Shown here in pieces: positions 25,582-37,840 of a stretch of DNA of 64,000 bases. The DNA comes from Felis catus. Its lineage: Eukaryota. A program made the translations under genes and the position numbers. The notes under the pieces are model-generated. The model was not told the origin of the DNA, did no database searches, and was given only the letters and a program-made list of their open reading frames with translations. How positions within the stretch are numbered: position 1 is the stretch's first letter; each line of letters begins with the position of its first letter. The stretch is taken from contig NC_058368.1 of NCBI RefSeq assembly GCF_018350175.1, positions 68,326,001-68,390,000 on the forward strand. Direction: 5' to 3'.

Positions 25582-26568
25582 AAAAAGTTTGTGAACTGAA
25601 TAATAATAGTCATGCTTTTTCTCACTTTTGTGGAACAACCGGTAGAGTTTGGTTGGCACTACTGTTCTTTCACAGTTTAAGTTCTTGCCATTTTAATTGT
25701 CTTCTTCTGAGTTGGCATTTGATACCCTCCCTCAGATTCCTGGCCTCTCTCACCCCCTGCCTCTCCTATTCCCCCTTAGTTTAGGAAATAAATAGCCCAG
25801 ACATTTAAATACTTTCAGCTCAACAGATTTTTGGAATTCCCTCTCCCTGTCCCCCTTTTCTCTCTGTTATGAGAAAATATACTCTTATTGAGATAGAAAA
25901 TTAAAAGTTGATTCCACAGCTACTTGGGGATTTATTGAAACTAACACAAAAGGAACTGAAAAGTGTTTGGGTTTTTTTGCCCCCTAATGTCACTGCAGTT
26001 ATGCTTTGTGTCCAATACAAATAAATTCTTTCTTTATTTTGCCTTAAACTGGTGATTTCAGTGGAAACTGGTGGTTTCAGTGGAACATCATACTATTGTT
26101 GAAGATTATAAGTCAAGATATTTTCTCACATATTAAGTGAAAATGAGCACAATATATACAGTTTAATAAATCTTGTCATATATAATATAATTATACATAT
26201 ATGTACATACACATATAAAAATGCAAATGTATATTAATTAACTTGCCAATACACTGATAGGTGTACTTTGTGAATATTTTATTTAGGATTACTGTACTTT
26301 ATTTATAAATGAGATTAATTTTGGATCATGTGTTTATGTGTATGTGTGTGTGCATGAGAGCTCTCCTTGTCCAGTTTTGGAGTCAATATTATATAAGCAC
26401 TGTAGGATGAATGTGAAATTTTACATTTTTTTCTAAGCTCTGGAATAGTTTAGGTGTTGTTTTGCATTGCCTTGGGGTTTTTTTTGGGGGGGGAGGGGAT
26501 TTTTTTGGTATTCACTTATAAAATTATCTGGATTGGTAGTCTCAAATTAAGGATAGAGGTTTGCCTAA

Positions 26569-26772
26569 TTTTTTTTTAAGTTTGTTTATTTATTTTTTAA
26601 GAGAGAGAGTGTGAGTGGCATAGGGGCAGAGAGAGAAGGAGTGACAGACTCCCGAGGAGGCTCCACACCCAGCCTGGGGCCCGACGTGGGACTAGATCCC
26701 ACAACTGTGAGATCATGACCTGAGCTGAAACCAAAAGTCAGACATTTAGCAGACCGAGCCACCCAGGTGCCC
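26569..26772 (-). mobile_element. CAN-SINE within old antisense L1 relic
   Basis: TSD gag[g/a]tttgcctaa at 26556 and 26774. Confidence 0.95.
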
Positions 26773-28393
26773 TGAGATTTGCCTAAATTTTAATTTTGTC
26801 TATGATCATTAGTCCATTAAAATATTTAAATCTTCATTCAATTTTGGTAATTTAATTTAAAATTGTCCCTTCCATATATACTTTAAAATGCACTTGCATA
26901 AGTTTGTACATAGTACTCTCTTATAATTCCTAATTCCATCTTTATATCTATAGTAATGTCACTTTGTATTTCCCTCATCATCAAAATTCTGTATATTTTA
27001 CACTTTTGTTTACTTGCTCTGTTGTCTTTTGGGTTCTAGTTAATTAATTTCTACTTTTATCTTTCATAAGTTTGTATCTCAGCTTTCTTAAGCTTTATTT
27101 TGCTGCACTGAGTTATTTAATTCATAATATTCCTAAATATCATAATCCAGAGTTAATAAATAAATTGATCTATCCATTACCCTAATCCATGGTCATGAGA
27201 ATAAATCAAACTTAAGATTCTTGACGGTCAGTATTCTATTCTGTAATGAAATCAAGGAAGATATTATTTTGTGTAAAGAATTTTTTGGTAACTGCAAAAT
27301 CTCTCACAAGTTTTTGCCTGTAATAAATGCCATGACTTTAACAGGAAGACAGTTGAAATAATCAGAAGTTCCCAATTCCTTCATTTACATATCTTAACTA
27401 CCCTAGTACCTTTGGAGAGACTATAGCAGTTACCACACATTTCAAAGTTGGCACTTGGTAAAGAAAAGTCACAAAGTGATAGTTACATGGCCCAACTAAA
27501 CCTTTCCATTTTTTGAAAGTTGCTTCATACATGCTACTGATTCTGCACAAGTCCCAAGGAAACCCAGCAATTATAAGAAATGCAGTATCTTACTGTGCCA
27601 TCTTCCAGTGACCTAGGACTGGTGGCCATCACCTTGGGGTCAGCCCTAGATCCCCCCTTCCTCACTGCATAGCCTTGACAAGCCACGTCCCTGTCTGTCT
27701 GTCTTTTATAGTGAAGATAAAGGATTAGCCACATCTTCATCCTGGTAACTCATTCATGACATCATCATGCCAACAGAAGTGTTATTGTTAACAAGATAAT
27801 GCTTTTAAAATCCCTTGTATGTCTTTGACCGAGCAAAAACAAAAACAAAGAAGAAGGTATTTTTAAAAGAAGAAATGCTCCGCTGGCCTTGGACTCAGAT
27901 CTGAGTCTGACCCCCCTGCCTTTGTTGAGAGGAAGCAATTAACCATGAAGATATTCAGGGAAGACTGGAAGCTTTGCCCAACAGGCAGGAAGCCAGTCAT
28001 GGCATAGCATACCGTGACATACCACTAACTTCCTTTACAATTTTGTCAACCTAAGTTGAAATGTAGGTGGAGATTTTCAAATATAAAAAAGAACCATGCC
28101 AATAGCATTTTAGCGTTAAAGAGAAAAGAGCTTAATTTTGTGTGTGCTTATAAAAAAAGTGCAGGTTCATTGAAACACCTTCAAACAATATAGGAAAATG
28201 TAAAATTAAAACTGCTATTTTCTCTCGCACAAAAGGAAACCATCTTGCCATGCCCTTTTCAGACATCAGTGTATATTTTGTCTACATTTGAATTAAGGGA
28301 ATCACACAACTGTTTCTTCCCTCATCATCTGTTAGGAACAGTATCTCAGATTTTTAAATAATATTTAAAATAAAATGAGTACAGGTGACTTAC

Positions 28394-28680
28394 TGCTATG
28401 GTTGGAATGGTGCCCAAGATACATCCACTTGGAAACCATGACTAGGACTTTATTTGGAAACAGGGTCTTTGCAGCCATAATTAAGCTACAGATATTGAGA
28501 TGAACGCATTGTGGACTACGGGCCATGAATCCAGCTTTGTCATTACATGAGAAAGGCAGACGGAAATTAGAGACACAGAGGAGAGGGTCAGTGAGAAGAG
28601 ACAGAGACTGCAGAGATGCAGCCACAAGCCCAGCAATGCCAGCAGCCACCAGAAGCTGGAAGAGGCGAGCGACAGAACAG
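28394..28680 (+). mobile_element. MaLR LTR (MLT1B/C-like), 3'-truncated
   Basis: tgctatggttggaatg...ttatttggaaacagggtctttgcag...gatgcagccacaagcc...gccaccagaagctggaagaggc. Confidence 0.85.
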
Positions 28681-28946
28681 AGCATGTAATTAATCATAGC
28701 CAACGCAACAATTTTATGGAATACCCTGTTTAAAAGAATAAAAGCTGATTTCCAGGATCGAGATACACATTGTATGTATATTGTATATGCATCCTCCCTC
28801 TTCAAAAAAATGTGATATGTTTCTACATATAACACATATAGTATATATATTACAAATATACACATATAATCTCAGTTATATATCCATATATAGAATTATT
28901 CTGAATTATAGAAATATAGAATCATTTGTATAACTTGCATATAGAA

Positions 28947-28983
28947 TTTTTTTTTAGAGAAAGAGCAGGAGTGGGGGAGAGGG

Positions 28984-29036
<53 letters not shown>

Positions 29037-29159
29037 CTTAAGCAGGCTCCACACTCAGCATGGAGCTCTACATGGGGCTCAATCCCACAACCCTGGGATC
29101 ATGACCTGAGCCGAAATCCAGAGTTGGACATTCAACTGACTGAGCCACCCAGGCGCCCC
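28947..29159 (-). mobile_element. CAN-SINE
   Basis: tgagccacccaggcgcccc head (reverse complement), long (GA)n. Confidence 0.95.
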
Positions 29160-29846
29160 ACCTGGAGAAAAATTTTGAAGCAAATTTAAAAACAAAGAGT
29201 CATAAGCTGACAGTCAAATCTAAGGGCAAGATTATTGCCAGTACTGATAAAGCTTCTTGTGTGGTCTTCTTGCTCCCACATGACCCTGAAATGTAACTAC
29301 TCTCTGACTTTTTAAAAACATTTCTTATTTTCCAAAAGTTTTAGAAATGTGTATGTTTTCCCAAATACTATATTGCTTTTCTTTTGAGTCTATATCATGG
29401 TATTTTACTCAGTGTAGTCATTTTAGAGATGCTTTTATCATTCAGTGAACATTTCTAGGATTTATCCATGTGCTACCTTCATTTGCGTATTTATTTTTCT
29501 GTGGAGGAACGGTGGTTGGAGCTATTTGTAGCATTTTGTTAGTAGTAGTTGCCGTTTACAACATGCTTGTGCGCGTACCATTGTATACCACACTGCGGAT
29601 TCTCAGGGTGTGCATGTGTTTGGGGTACAGGGTAATGTCAAATTGCCTTCTGGTGGGTTGACACCAGTTAATACTCCTGCGGGCAGCCTAGGACAGTTTC
29701 CACTACTCCAGGTACTCTACGAAACTTGATAGCATAAGGATCCTTTACTTCCCCAAACTAATGAGCATAAAATGGAATCTGGTTATGATCTGATTTTGTG
29801 TTTCTCTGATTACTAACTGCGTTGATCATTTTACAATAAGTTTTTA

Positions 29847-30080
29847 GGGGCACCTGGGGGGGCTCAGTTGGTTAAACATCGGACTTCAGCTTAGGTCATG
29901 ATGTCACAGTTTGTGAGTTTCAGCCCCCATCAGGCTCTGCACTGACAATGCGAAGTCTGCTTGGGATTCTCATCCTCTCCCTCTCTCTGCCCCTGGCTTG
30001 CACATGCTCTGTCTCTCTCTCTCTCTCAAAATAAATAAATGAAGTTAAAAAAAGGAAATAATTAAAAAATAAAATAAAAA
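29847..30080 (+). mobile_element. CAN-SINE
   Basis: Full element; TSD core aagttttta on both sides. Confidence 0.95.
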
Positions 30081-31216
30081 GCAAGTTTTTATATCATTTA
30101 TGTTGCCCACTGAGATGCTTATTCATACCTTTTGCTCATTTTTCTACTGAATCATTTGTCTTTTTCATATGGATACCTAGGATTTCTGCATATATTAGAT
30201 CCTCGTCAGTTACAGATATTGTAAATATCCTCTCCTTGGTGTCCTTTCTTTCACCATCTTTATAATATCTCTTAATGACACAAGTTCTTAATGTAATTAA
30301 ATCTATCTATTAATTCCTTAGTTTGTGCTTTTTAAAAACGCTTTCCAACTTCCAGCAAGATAAATATATTTTCCTGTACTTTCTTCGGAAAGCTTTGGAA
30401 GTTTGACTTTTATACTTAAAACACACAGAATTGATTTTTGTGAATGGGGAGAGAGGTAGTGTTCAAATTTCACTTCTTTCCTCAGGTCACTGGTTCGTGA
30501 TTGTCCAGAACCTGTTCTTGAAGAGGCATCTCTGTTCTTAGAGCTTTGTGTTGCCATCTGTGTCTGTCTTATATCAACTCTCTGGTCTTTCTATTCAGTT
30601 TTATTGGAATTTGTTTTGTTCTGTTTTATACATCCCTGTAATTATCCTACAGTGTTTTTACTGCTGTTGCCTTAAATTGGTCTTGTGGGGCAACTCTTCA
30701 CAACTATTATCTTTTCCAGTAGCCAGTTGCCATTTTGTTTTTTTTTAATGCACATGTAGAATCACCTCAGTAAGTTGCTTTAAAAAAGAATAGGGTTTGG
30801 GTCTGTAGATAAATTTGGAGAGAATTGTATCTTTATGATATAATGGCCTTCTTGCCAAGGAACATGTTATATCTCTTCATTTAGTTATGATTTCTTCCTT
30901 GTCTGTCAATAAAGTAGTAAAATTGTATCCATAATGACCTATATCTTTTGTTAGATTTCTAGGTGCTGCATATTTCGGTTGCTATTTTAAGTGCTATCTT
31001 TTTTTAAAAAAACGACATTTTCTCAATTGTCATTGATGGCATATAGATTAAATGTATTGATCTTAGTTCTAGCCAGATTGCTAAATTCATTTATCTTATA
31101 TTAATTTAATATCTCTCTTAATTATTTTCGATTTTTTGTGTAGATAATTATATCATCTATGTTGACCTTTTTTGTTTTTCCCATTCTGGTTCTTATATTT
31201 TAAAATTTGTTTCTCA

Positions 31217-31402
31217 GGGCTCCTGGGTGGCTCATTTGGTTGAGCACCTGACTTTGGCTCTGGTCATGATCTCACAGTTCATGAGCCCCACATCTCCACA
31301 CTGACAGTGCGGAGCCTGCTTGGGATTCTCCCTCTCCTCACTCTCTGCCCCTCCCCCACTCACGCTTTCTCTCTCTGTAAAAAATAAATAAATACATTAA
31401 AA
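31217..31402 (+). mobile_element. CAN-SINE with small internal deletion
   Basis: gggctcctgggtggctc head, CT tract, aataaataaatacattaaaa tail. Confidence 0.9.
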
Positions 31403-31944
31403 ATTTTTTTATTTCCTGTGTGTTACTAGACAAGTAAGAATCTCTAATACAACCTGCATAGAAGCAGGGCATACTTCTCTTGCTCTTAATTTTAAAGCGA
31501 TTGCTTCTAACATTCTACTGTTAGGAATGTTTTCAGTCTAGATTTTTGGAACTACTCTTTACTGGGTTCAGAAAGTTCCCTTTTATTTCTAGCTTACCAA
31601 TGATATTGATCATGAGTAAATCGATTTTATCACAGATTTTTCTTCATCTTTTGAGAGAATATATGACTTTCTTTCTTCTCCTTTCACTTATTAATGTGGT
31701 GAATTGTATTTAGCGACTTCTGCTTTCAAAACCACCTTTGCAATTTTGAAAATTTTTAAGTGATGAACATTATTGCATGTTGTCATTATTTTTTTCATCT
31801 AATTAGATGATCATGTAACTTTTCTCCTTTGTTTAATGAATATAGTGAATTATAGTTTCAGTTTCAAGTGGTAAACAAATCTTTCATTCCCTGACAAACC
31901 ATATTTGTTCATGATGTGTTATCTTTTTTTATATATTAGGGATT

Positions 31945-32410
31945 CACCATCACTTATATGTAAGATCCAAAATAGACAGAACAACAAAAACAAAAACAAA
32001 TTCATAGACCACGATGAGATTTGTGGTTAACAGTGGTTGGGGGGCCGGTGGTAGTGGAAGTGGAGGGATGGTCAAAAGGTGGAAGGATTAAAAGCTTTCC
32101 ATTGTAAGATAAATAAGCAAGAGGGATGGAATGTACAACATGACAACTGTAGTTAATGCTGCTGAAAGGTAACCGGAAAGTCGTTAAGAGAGTAGATACT
32201 AAGAGTTCTCATCACAAGGAAAAACAATTTTTTGTTTCTTTTTTTGTTTTTTCTTTTTTATTGTATCTATGTGAGATGCTGGGCACTAAATAACTGAAGT
32301 CATTGTGGCAATGATTTCACAGTATGTGTACGTCAAGCCATTTTGCTGTATACCTTGAGCTTATACAGCAATATATGTCAATTGTATCTCAATAAAAGTG
32401 GAAAAAAAAT
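31945..32410 (+). mobile_element. L1 3' UTR (L1MA9-like)
   Basis: catcacttatatgt...aagagttctcatcacaagg...tatatgtcaattgtatctcaataaaagtggaaaaaaaa. Confidence 0.8.
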
Positions 32411-33000
32411 GAAGTGTGTATACATGTAGTACATATGTATGTACTTAAAAATTATTGCTTACAATTCAAATGTGTAGATAGTTAGACATATACCATCAGA
32501 TCAGAGTGGAGGAGGTGTTAAAATCGTTCTAAATATTGACAGTGAGGACACAAATTCTAAGCCTTTCACACTGGATTTCCTCAGCAAGGAAAGTGGTGTT
32601 TGCCATCGTGCTGATCTCTCTCATAGGCTGTTTCTGTGCAACTCCAGCTGGAGCCTTATTCTCTGTTCTTCGGGTTGTCTTTGCCACCCTGTGAATAAAA
32701 TTAACAAAAGATTATTCATTGGCTCAGCAGACTTATTCAAGACTACTTCCTTTTGGGAGAATAAGGTGTACTTATTTGAAGGCCAACCTGTTCTTTAACC
32801 ACTCAAGTCACTGACTCTAAATAATTAGCGCTTACTAAATTTGTCTTGTGAGAACTCAACATGTTAGGAGGCTCTGCAAAGCTGACAGGTGTTGTATCTT
32901 TCTTACATTTCCTTATTCCTTCTATTGTTCTTTCTCCTCTATATTGATCTCCTCCATCTGTTTCTTTTCTTTTAGTTGGCCTTCTTCCATTTCTGTTCTT

Positions 33001-33222
33001 TTTTTTTTAATTATTTTTTTTAACATTTACTCATGTTTGAGAGACAGAGAGAGAGCGTGAGTAGGGAAGAGGAAGAGAGAGAGGGAGTCACAGAATCTGA
33101 AGCAGGCTCGAGGCTCCAAGCTGTCAGCACAGAGCCCAATGTGGGGCTCAAACTCACAAGCCGCAAGATCATGACCTGAGCCGAAGTCGGACGCCTAACT
33201 GATTGAGCCACCCAGGCACCCC
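33001..33222 (-). mobile_element. CAN-SINE
   Basis: Full element, head ends at 33222. Confidence 0.95.
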
Positions 33223-33254
33223 TCCAGTTTGTTCCTTAAATTTCAGAAATAATA

Positions 33255-33419
33255 GGGGTGCCTGGGTGGCTCAGTCAGTTAAGCATCTGACTTCAGCTCA
33301 GGTCATGATCTCACAGTTTGTGAGTTCAAGCCCTGTGTCAGGCTCTGTGCTGACAGCTCAGGGCCTGGAGCCTGCTTCGGGTTCTGTCTCCCTCTCTCTC
33401 TGCCCCTCCCTGACTCATG

Positions 33420-33464
<45 letters not shown>

Positions 33465-33489
33465 ATAAAAAATAAAACATAAAAAAATT
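33255..33489 (+). mobile_element. CAN-SINE
   Basis: TSD aaatttcagaaa[t/c]aata at 33238-33254 and 33490-33506. Confidence 0.95.
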
Positions 33490-33754
33490 AAATTTCAGAA
33501 ACAATAAAGTAAAAACAAACAAACAAACAAACTGGTACTGATGTTTTCCTCCAATATGGTCTTTGTTCTAGTGGTGATTTAGCTCTTTTGGAGACAAATT
33601 ACTCACATGTATGAGATTGTTCAGAAATAAAGTGAGTGGGGATAGAGGGTATGGGGAAGCAACACTGAGGAAAAACTGTGGCCCAAAAAAGTGTTTCAAG
33701 GCAGTTAATTTTACAAACACTCATTTTAAATTTGACCTAAGTGTGTATATAAAA

Positions 33755-33990
33755 TGAGGCAGCATGGCCTAGAGGTTAAGAGACCCAGATGGGTTGTTTC
33801 ACTCCCCACCATTTGGAATTCTGTCCATGTCTTGGGAAAGACTCTTAAGCCCCTTTTCGCATCTGCTTCCTCCTCTATGAGTTGGAGGGAGTAATGGTAC
33901 CTACCTCCTAACATTGTTGATTGAATGCCTCAACGTTTGTAAAGTGCTTAGATTAGTGTTGGATATATAGCAAGCACTATATAGTTTCCT
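33755..33990 (+). mobile_element. MIR, near full length
   Basis: ggcagcatggcctagaggttaagag...gtaatggtacctacctc...gtaaagtgcttag. Confidence 0.8.
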
Positions 33991-34227
33991 AAATAGACGA
34001 AATTAAAAAACAAATGGGTAAAACATTGGATAGGAAAGTAAGATGCAAGTGATATTACAACAATGTGCTTTTCAAAGACAATCATTCTTGAGTAACCTTG
34101 AAGTTAGAAAATAAGAAAATTTTCTGGCATGAAGAAAAACAGTAGAAGTGAAAGAAATTATAATAACTTGCAATTGTACCCTCAGAATCATAATTGTTGG
34201 AACTTTAATTAAGAATAGTTCAGGATA

Positions 34228-34434
34228 GGGAGAGCCTGGGTGGCTCAGTCAGTTGAGCATCTGACTTCAGCTCAGATCATGATCTCATGGTTTGTGAGTT
34301 CGAGCCCTGTGTTGGGCTCTATGTGTATAGGCTCCAGCTCAGAGCCTGGAGCCTGCTTCAGATTCTGTGTCTCCCTCTCTCTCTGCCTTCTACTGTTCTC
34401 TCTCTCTCTCAAAAATAAATAAACATTAAAAAAA
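34228..34434 (+). mobile_element. CAN-SINE
   Basis: First of a tandem pair; outer TSD aagaatagttcag at 34211 and 34692. Confidence 0.95.
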
Positions 34435-34447
34435 TTTACAATACAAG

Positions 34448-34691
34448 GAGTGCCTGGTGGCTCAGTCGGTTGAGCGTCCAACTTCGGCTCAGGTCATGAT
34501 CTCACAGCTCATGGGTTCAAGCCCCGTGTCAGACTCTGTCCTGACACTTCGGAGCCTGGAGCCTGCCTCAGATTCTGTGTCCTCCTATCTCTCTGCCCCT
34601 CCCCTGCTTGTGCTCTGTTTCTCTCTCTCTCTCAAAAATAAATAAACATTCAAAATTGTTTAAACTTTAATAGAAATGAATTTTTTAAAAA
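34448..34691 (+). mobile_element. CAN-SINE in the tail of the previous SINE
   Basis: ggagtgcctggtggctcagtcggttgagcg head, CT tract, tail. Confidence 0.95.
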
Positions 34692-34999
34692 AAGAATAGT
34701 TCAGAGTATTCTTAATTCAACATTTACTCACATTTACTTCTTTAGGTTCCACGGACTTCCTCACACAGTCATCCTCCTTCTTTAAATATTGTAAAGCCTT
34801 TTCTATTGAGTACACGAACAACACTAATTTTAGCTCCAATTGTTATATTTTCAAAGAAGCTAAAAAAAGTGTTAAGCCTGACTGTTTTCAAAGAAGGATT
34901 CTATAACAAGACACTAGACTGTGGTTTGAAAGTGATTGGTCTTATTAACTGGAAAGAGAAGTATGGCCTGATAGAAAGGGGAAAAGGAACAAGTGATGA

Positions 35000-35140
35000 T
35001 TCTATCTTACACTTTCATCTTACGCCTCCCCAAGCACCTGAAACCAAGTCTCATTACCATTTCTTCCAGCAGATGAAGCAAGTGAGATAGCCAGTTAAGT
35101 GTGCTTCCCAAGGTCATACTCCAGCTTGCTAACATAGCGA
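35000..35140 (-). mobile_element. MIR fragment
   Basis: cattaccatttcttccagcagatgaagcaagtgag...gttaagtgtgcttcccaaggtcatac. Confidence 0.7.
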
Positions 35141-35663
35141 TAAAAATCCAATATTCTTGATTAGTGTCTGCTCTCCACTCATCCTCTCGGCATTGATTCC
35201 GTGTATGATTCGGGAAGGAGATGGGCAGGGTGATCTTCTTGGTCTTTCCAACCTCGCCATCTTGCTCAGTGGTTCCCCTTTTGTCCTTTGTTGATTTTGT
35301 CTCTCAACAGGCTTTCTTTCCTTCATCTTGTCGCTGTTGGGGCAGAATTCTCGCCAGCTGAGAGGTCAGAATGAGAAGTGTGTTCCTGGCTGCTCTCTGC
35401 TGCCACTTTGTCTCTCTCTTATGCTTTCCACACCTCCTGAGAAAGAATCGAAGTCCTCATAGATGTTTTTCGTTCTCGTAGGTCTTTGTTTTATTGATCA
35501 CGTTCCCCTGGAGTGCCTGTCATGCTCCTGAATGGTTTCATAAGGCTTTGATGATTTTGTTTATTGTGAATGATTTTTGTCTTTTTTGATTCTTTTGAGT
35601 TTTAACAGATTGGCTGTGACTTTAGACCGAATTGAAGAGAAGGATCTAGGAAGGGCCTCTGAC

Positions 35664-36030
35664 CTGTCCAACAGGGTAGCCACTAGCCATATGAGCCCAC
35701 TGAAATTGAAGTTGGAACTTAAAGTTACCAAAATTTAAAATTCAGGCCCTCAGGGGCGCCTGGGTGCTGGTTGAGCATCTGACTTCAGCTCAGGTCATGA
35801 TCTCGTGGCTCGTGAGTCCGAGCTCCAAGTTGGGCTCTGCGCTGACAGCTCAGAGCCTGAAGCCTGCTTCATATTCTATGTCTCTCCTTCTCTCTGCCTT
35901 TCTCCCACTCATGCTCTGTCTCTCTCTTTCCAAAATAAATAAACATCAAAAATAAAATAATAAAATAAAATAAAAAAATTCAGGCCCTCAGTTGCACTGG
36001 CTATATTTCAAGTGTCCAGTAACCACCATG
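35664..36030 (-). mobile_element. MER3-like hAT-Charlie DNA transposon relic, interrupted by a SINE
   Basis: ctgtccaacagggtagccactagccatatg...aaaattcaggccctcagttgcactggctatatttcaagtg. Confidence 0.75.
35753..35974 (+). mobile_element. CAN-SINE
   Basis: Perfect 16-bp TSD aaaattcaggccctca at 35737-35752 and 35975-35990. Confidence 0.97.
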
Positions 36031-37604
36031 TTATCTTTGTCAGCTCCAACCTCAGTCTACTCGCCTCTAGAGTGGAAAGACAGCATTCGGTGACCATAAG
36101 ATCCCTCCTGCGCTAGCATTTGGTAGTTTCTCCGCTAGATGAATGTAAGATCCCCCTGGCACTAACATTCTGTGATTTCCTCCCCCAGCATTTTTCTTGG
36201 GTTTGGCAATAGTGCCTTGGATTCTGTGAGCTGCGGCTCCCTCTCTCTCTCTCTCCATTTCCCTCTTCATCTTGCGAAGGGTACCTCTCTTATCTTCACC
36301 TTGTATGTTGGAACCATGTACTTGACAAAGAATATGGTAATGTATGCAACAAAGGCTTTGTGTACTAAATATAGCCTCAGACTTTTAAAGAGCTTTTTTT
36401 TTTCTTTTATGAGTGTTGGCAGCTGTTTTACTATGAAACAGGTCTCAGAAAGAGACGAGAACACATTCTATTTTGAGATAAAAGCTTCATCTGAGATGAA
36501 GAAATGACACTGTAATAAATGCCATCACAGTTAATGAAGTCAGGGTAGCAACTGATTTTTATTTGATTGTATGAGGCAAATTCTTCCAAATTTCCAGGTA
36601 CACATTCTGAACATAGACCAGCAGGACATCCTATTGTCAATCAATCAGAACTACAAGTTCATCTCTGTTCCATTCTTTTTTTTGGGGGGGGGGGCCTGGG
36701 GTTATAAGAAAAAAAGAGTAAGAAAAATAGACGTTAAAATCATTGACACTAGAATTTTCCTTTCTTTTCCTACTGCCTACATGAACGGGCAGCAGTTAAT
36801 TACCTGGTGAGAAACATTTGTGAACCTCAGTTTACAAACTAAAACAAATGATTAAAAAAATCATACCACACAAAAGTTCTGTTTATATCCCTTTGAAAAG
36901 TAAATGTGACAGTGCGGTGTTAATCATCTTTAAAAGGGGAATTTTAAAACCTTGCAGGCAGCAAATTTCCAAAGTGCTGATTATGTGCGCTAATTGTCTT
37001 TTGCTTGTTATTTCAATCCCTTAACTAGGAAGATTCTTAGCATATGTCTATTTTCCCACTACTTTCTTCAGGCAGAAACTCCCTTGGGTGGATATGCCTG
37101 ACAAAATCATTAAGTAAAAGTTTTATGAGCCTAGGTGGGATAACATTTGGAGATGACTGATTACATGATTGCAGCCAATTGTTTGTGGGACTTGGAAAGT
37201 CTCTAACATCTTTAAGGGGAATCCTTCCACTTGTAATCCATCAAAAGAATTGCAGCTTTCTCTAAGGATAAGCTTCCTTTGGGGTGTCACTGAGAAATAT
37301 TTCCGAGGCAACCTTGCACCAGCTTTGGTCTTTTTATTTTCTGATGGAAATAATCCCCCCTTTGTCACCAAAATACAATTTATGACTATGAGGCCATCCT
37401 CTGCTAGGATGTTTGCCCTTCGACAAGATTATTTGAGACCTCTTCCAGTTGTGTGCCAGAAATTATGTGCTAACTTTGTCTCATTAGATCCCTACTGATT
37501 AAGATACCTAACACAGGGGTGTAACTCGCTCCAGAAGTAGCTTGCTTTTTTTATAACTGTTATGAATCACATACATACATGTATGTCTTTGTTTATTTAT
37601 ATTT

Positions 37605-37663
37605 TTGTTTTTTTAAATAAATTTTTTAATTTTTGAGAGAGTGAGAGGGAGAGAGAGAGGGAA

Positions 37664-37711
<48 letters not shown>

Positions 37712-37840
37712 CAAGTGGGGGAGGGGCAGAGAGAGACTAGGAGACACAGAATCCAAAGCAGGCTCCAGGCTCCGAGATGTCAGCACAGAGCCTGACGCGG
37801 GGCTCAAACTCGCAAACCATGAGATCATGACCTGAGCCAA
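37605..37840 (-). mobile_element. CAN-SINE, 5'-truncated
   Basis: Match stops at gacctgagccaa; first ~35 nt of the head are absent. Confidence 0.9.

Larger units (their letters stand above)
29270..31940 (-). mobile_element. Ancient L1 (L1ME-like) 3' UTR/ORF2, interrupted by two SINEs
   Basis: tttctctgattactaactgcgttgatcatt, ttcataccttttgctcatttttctactg, tgtagataaatttggagagaattg, gaaagttcccttttatttctag. Confidence 0.7.

Noticed and set aside
28365..28865. Longest ORF (166 aa, minus strand)
   Set aside because: Mostly antisense to an MLT1 LTR plus AT-rich low-complexity sequence, with no recognisable domain.
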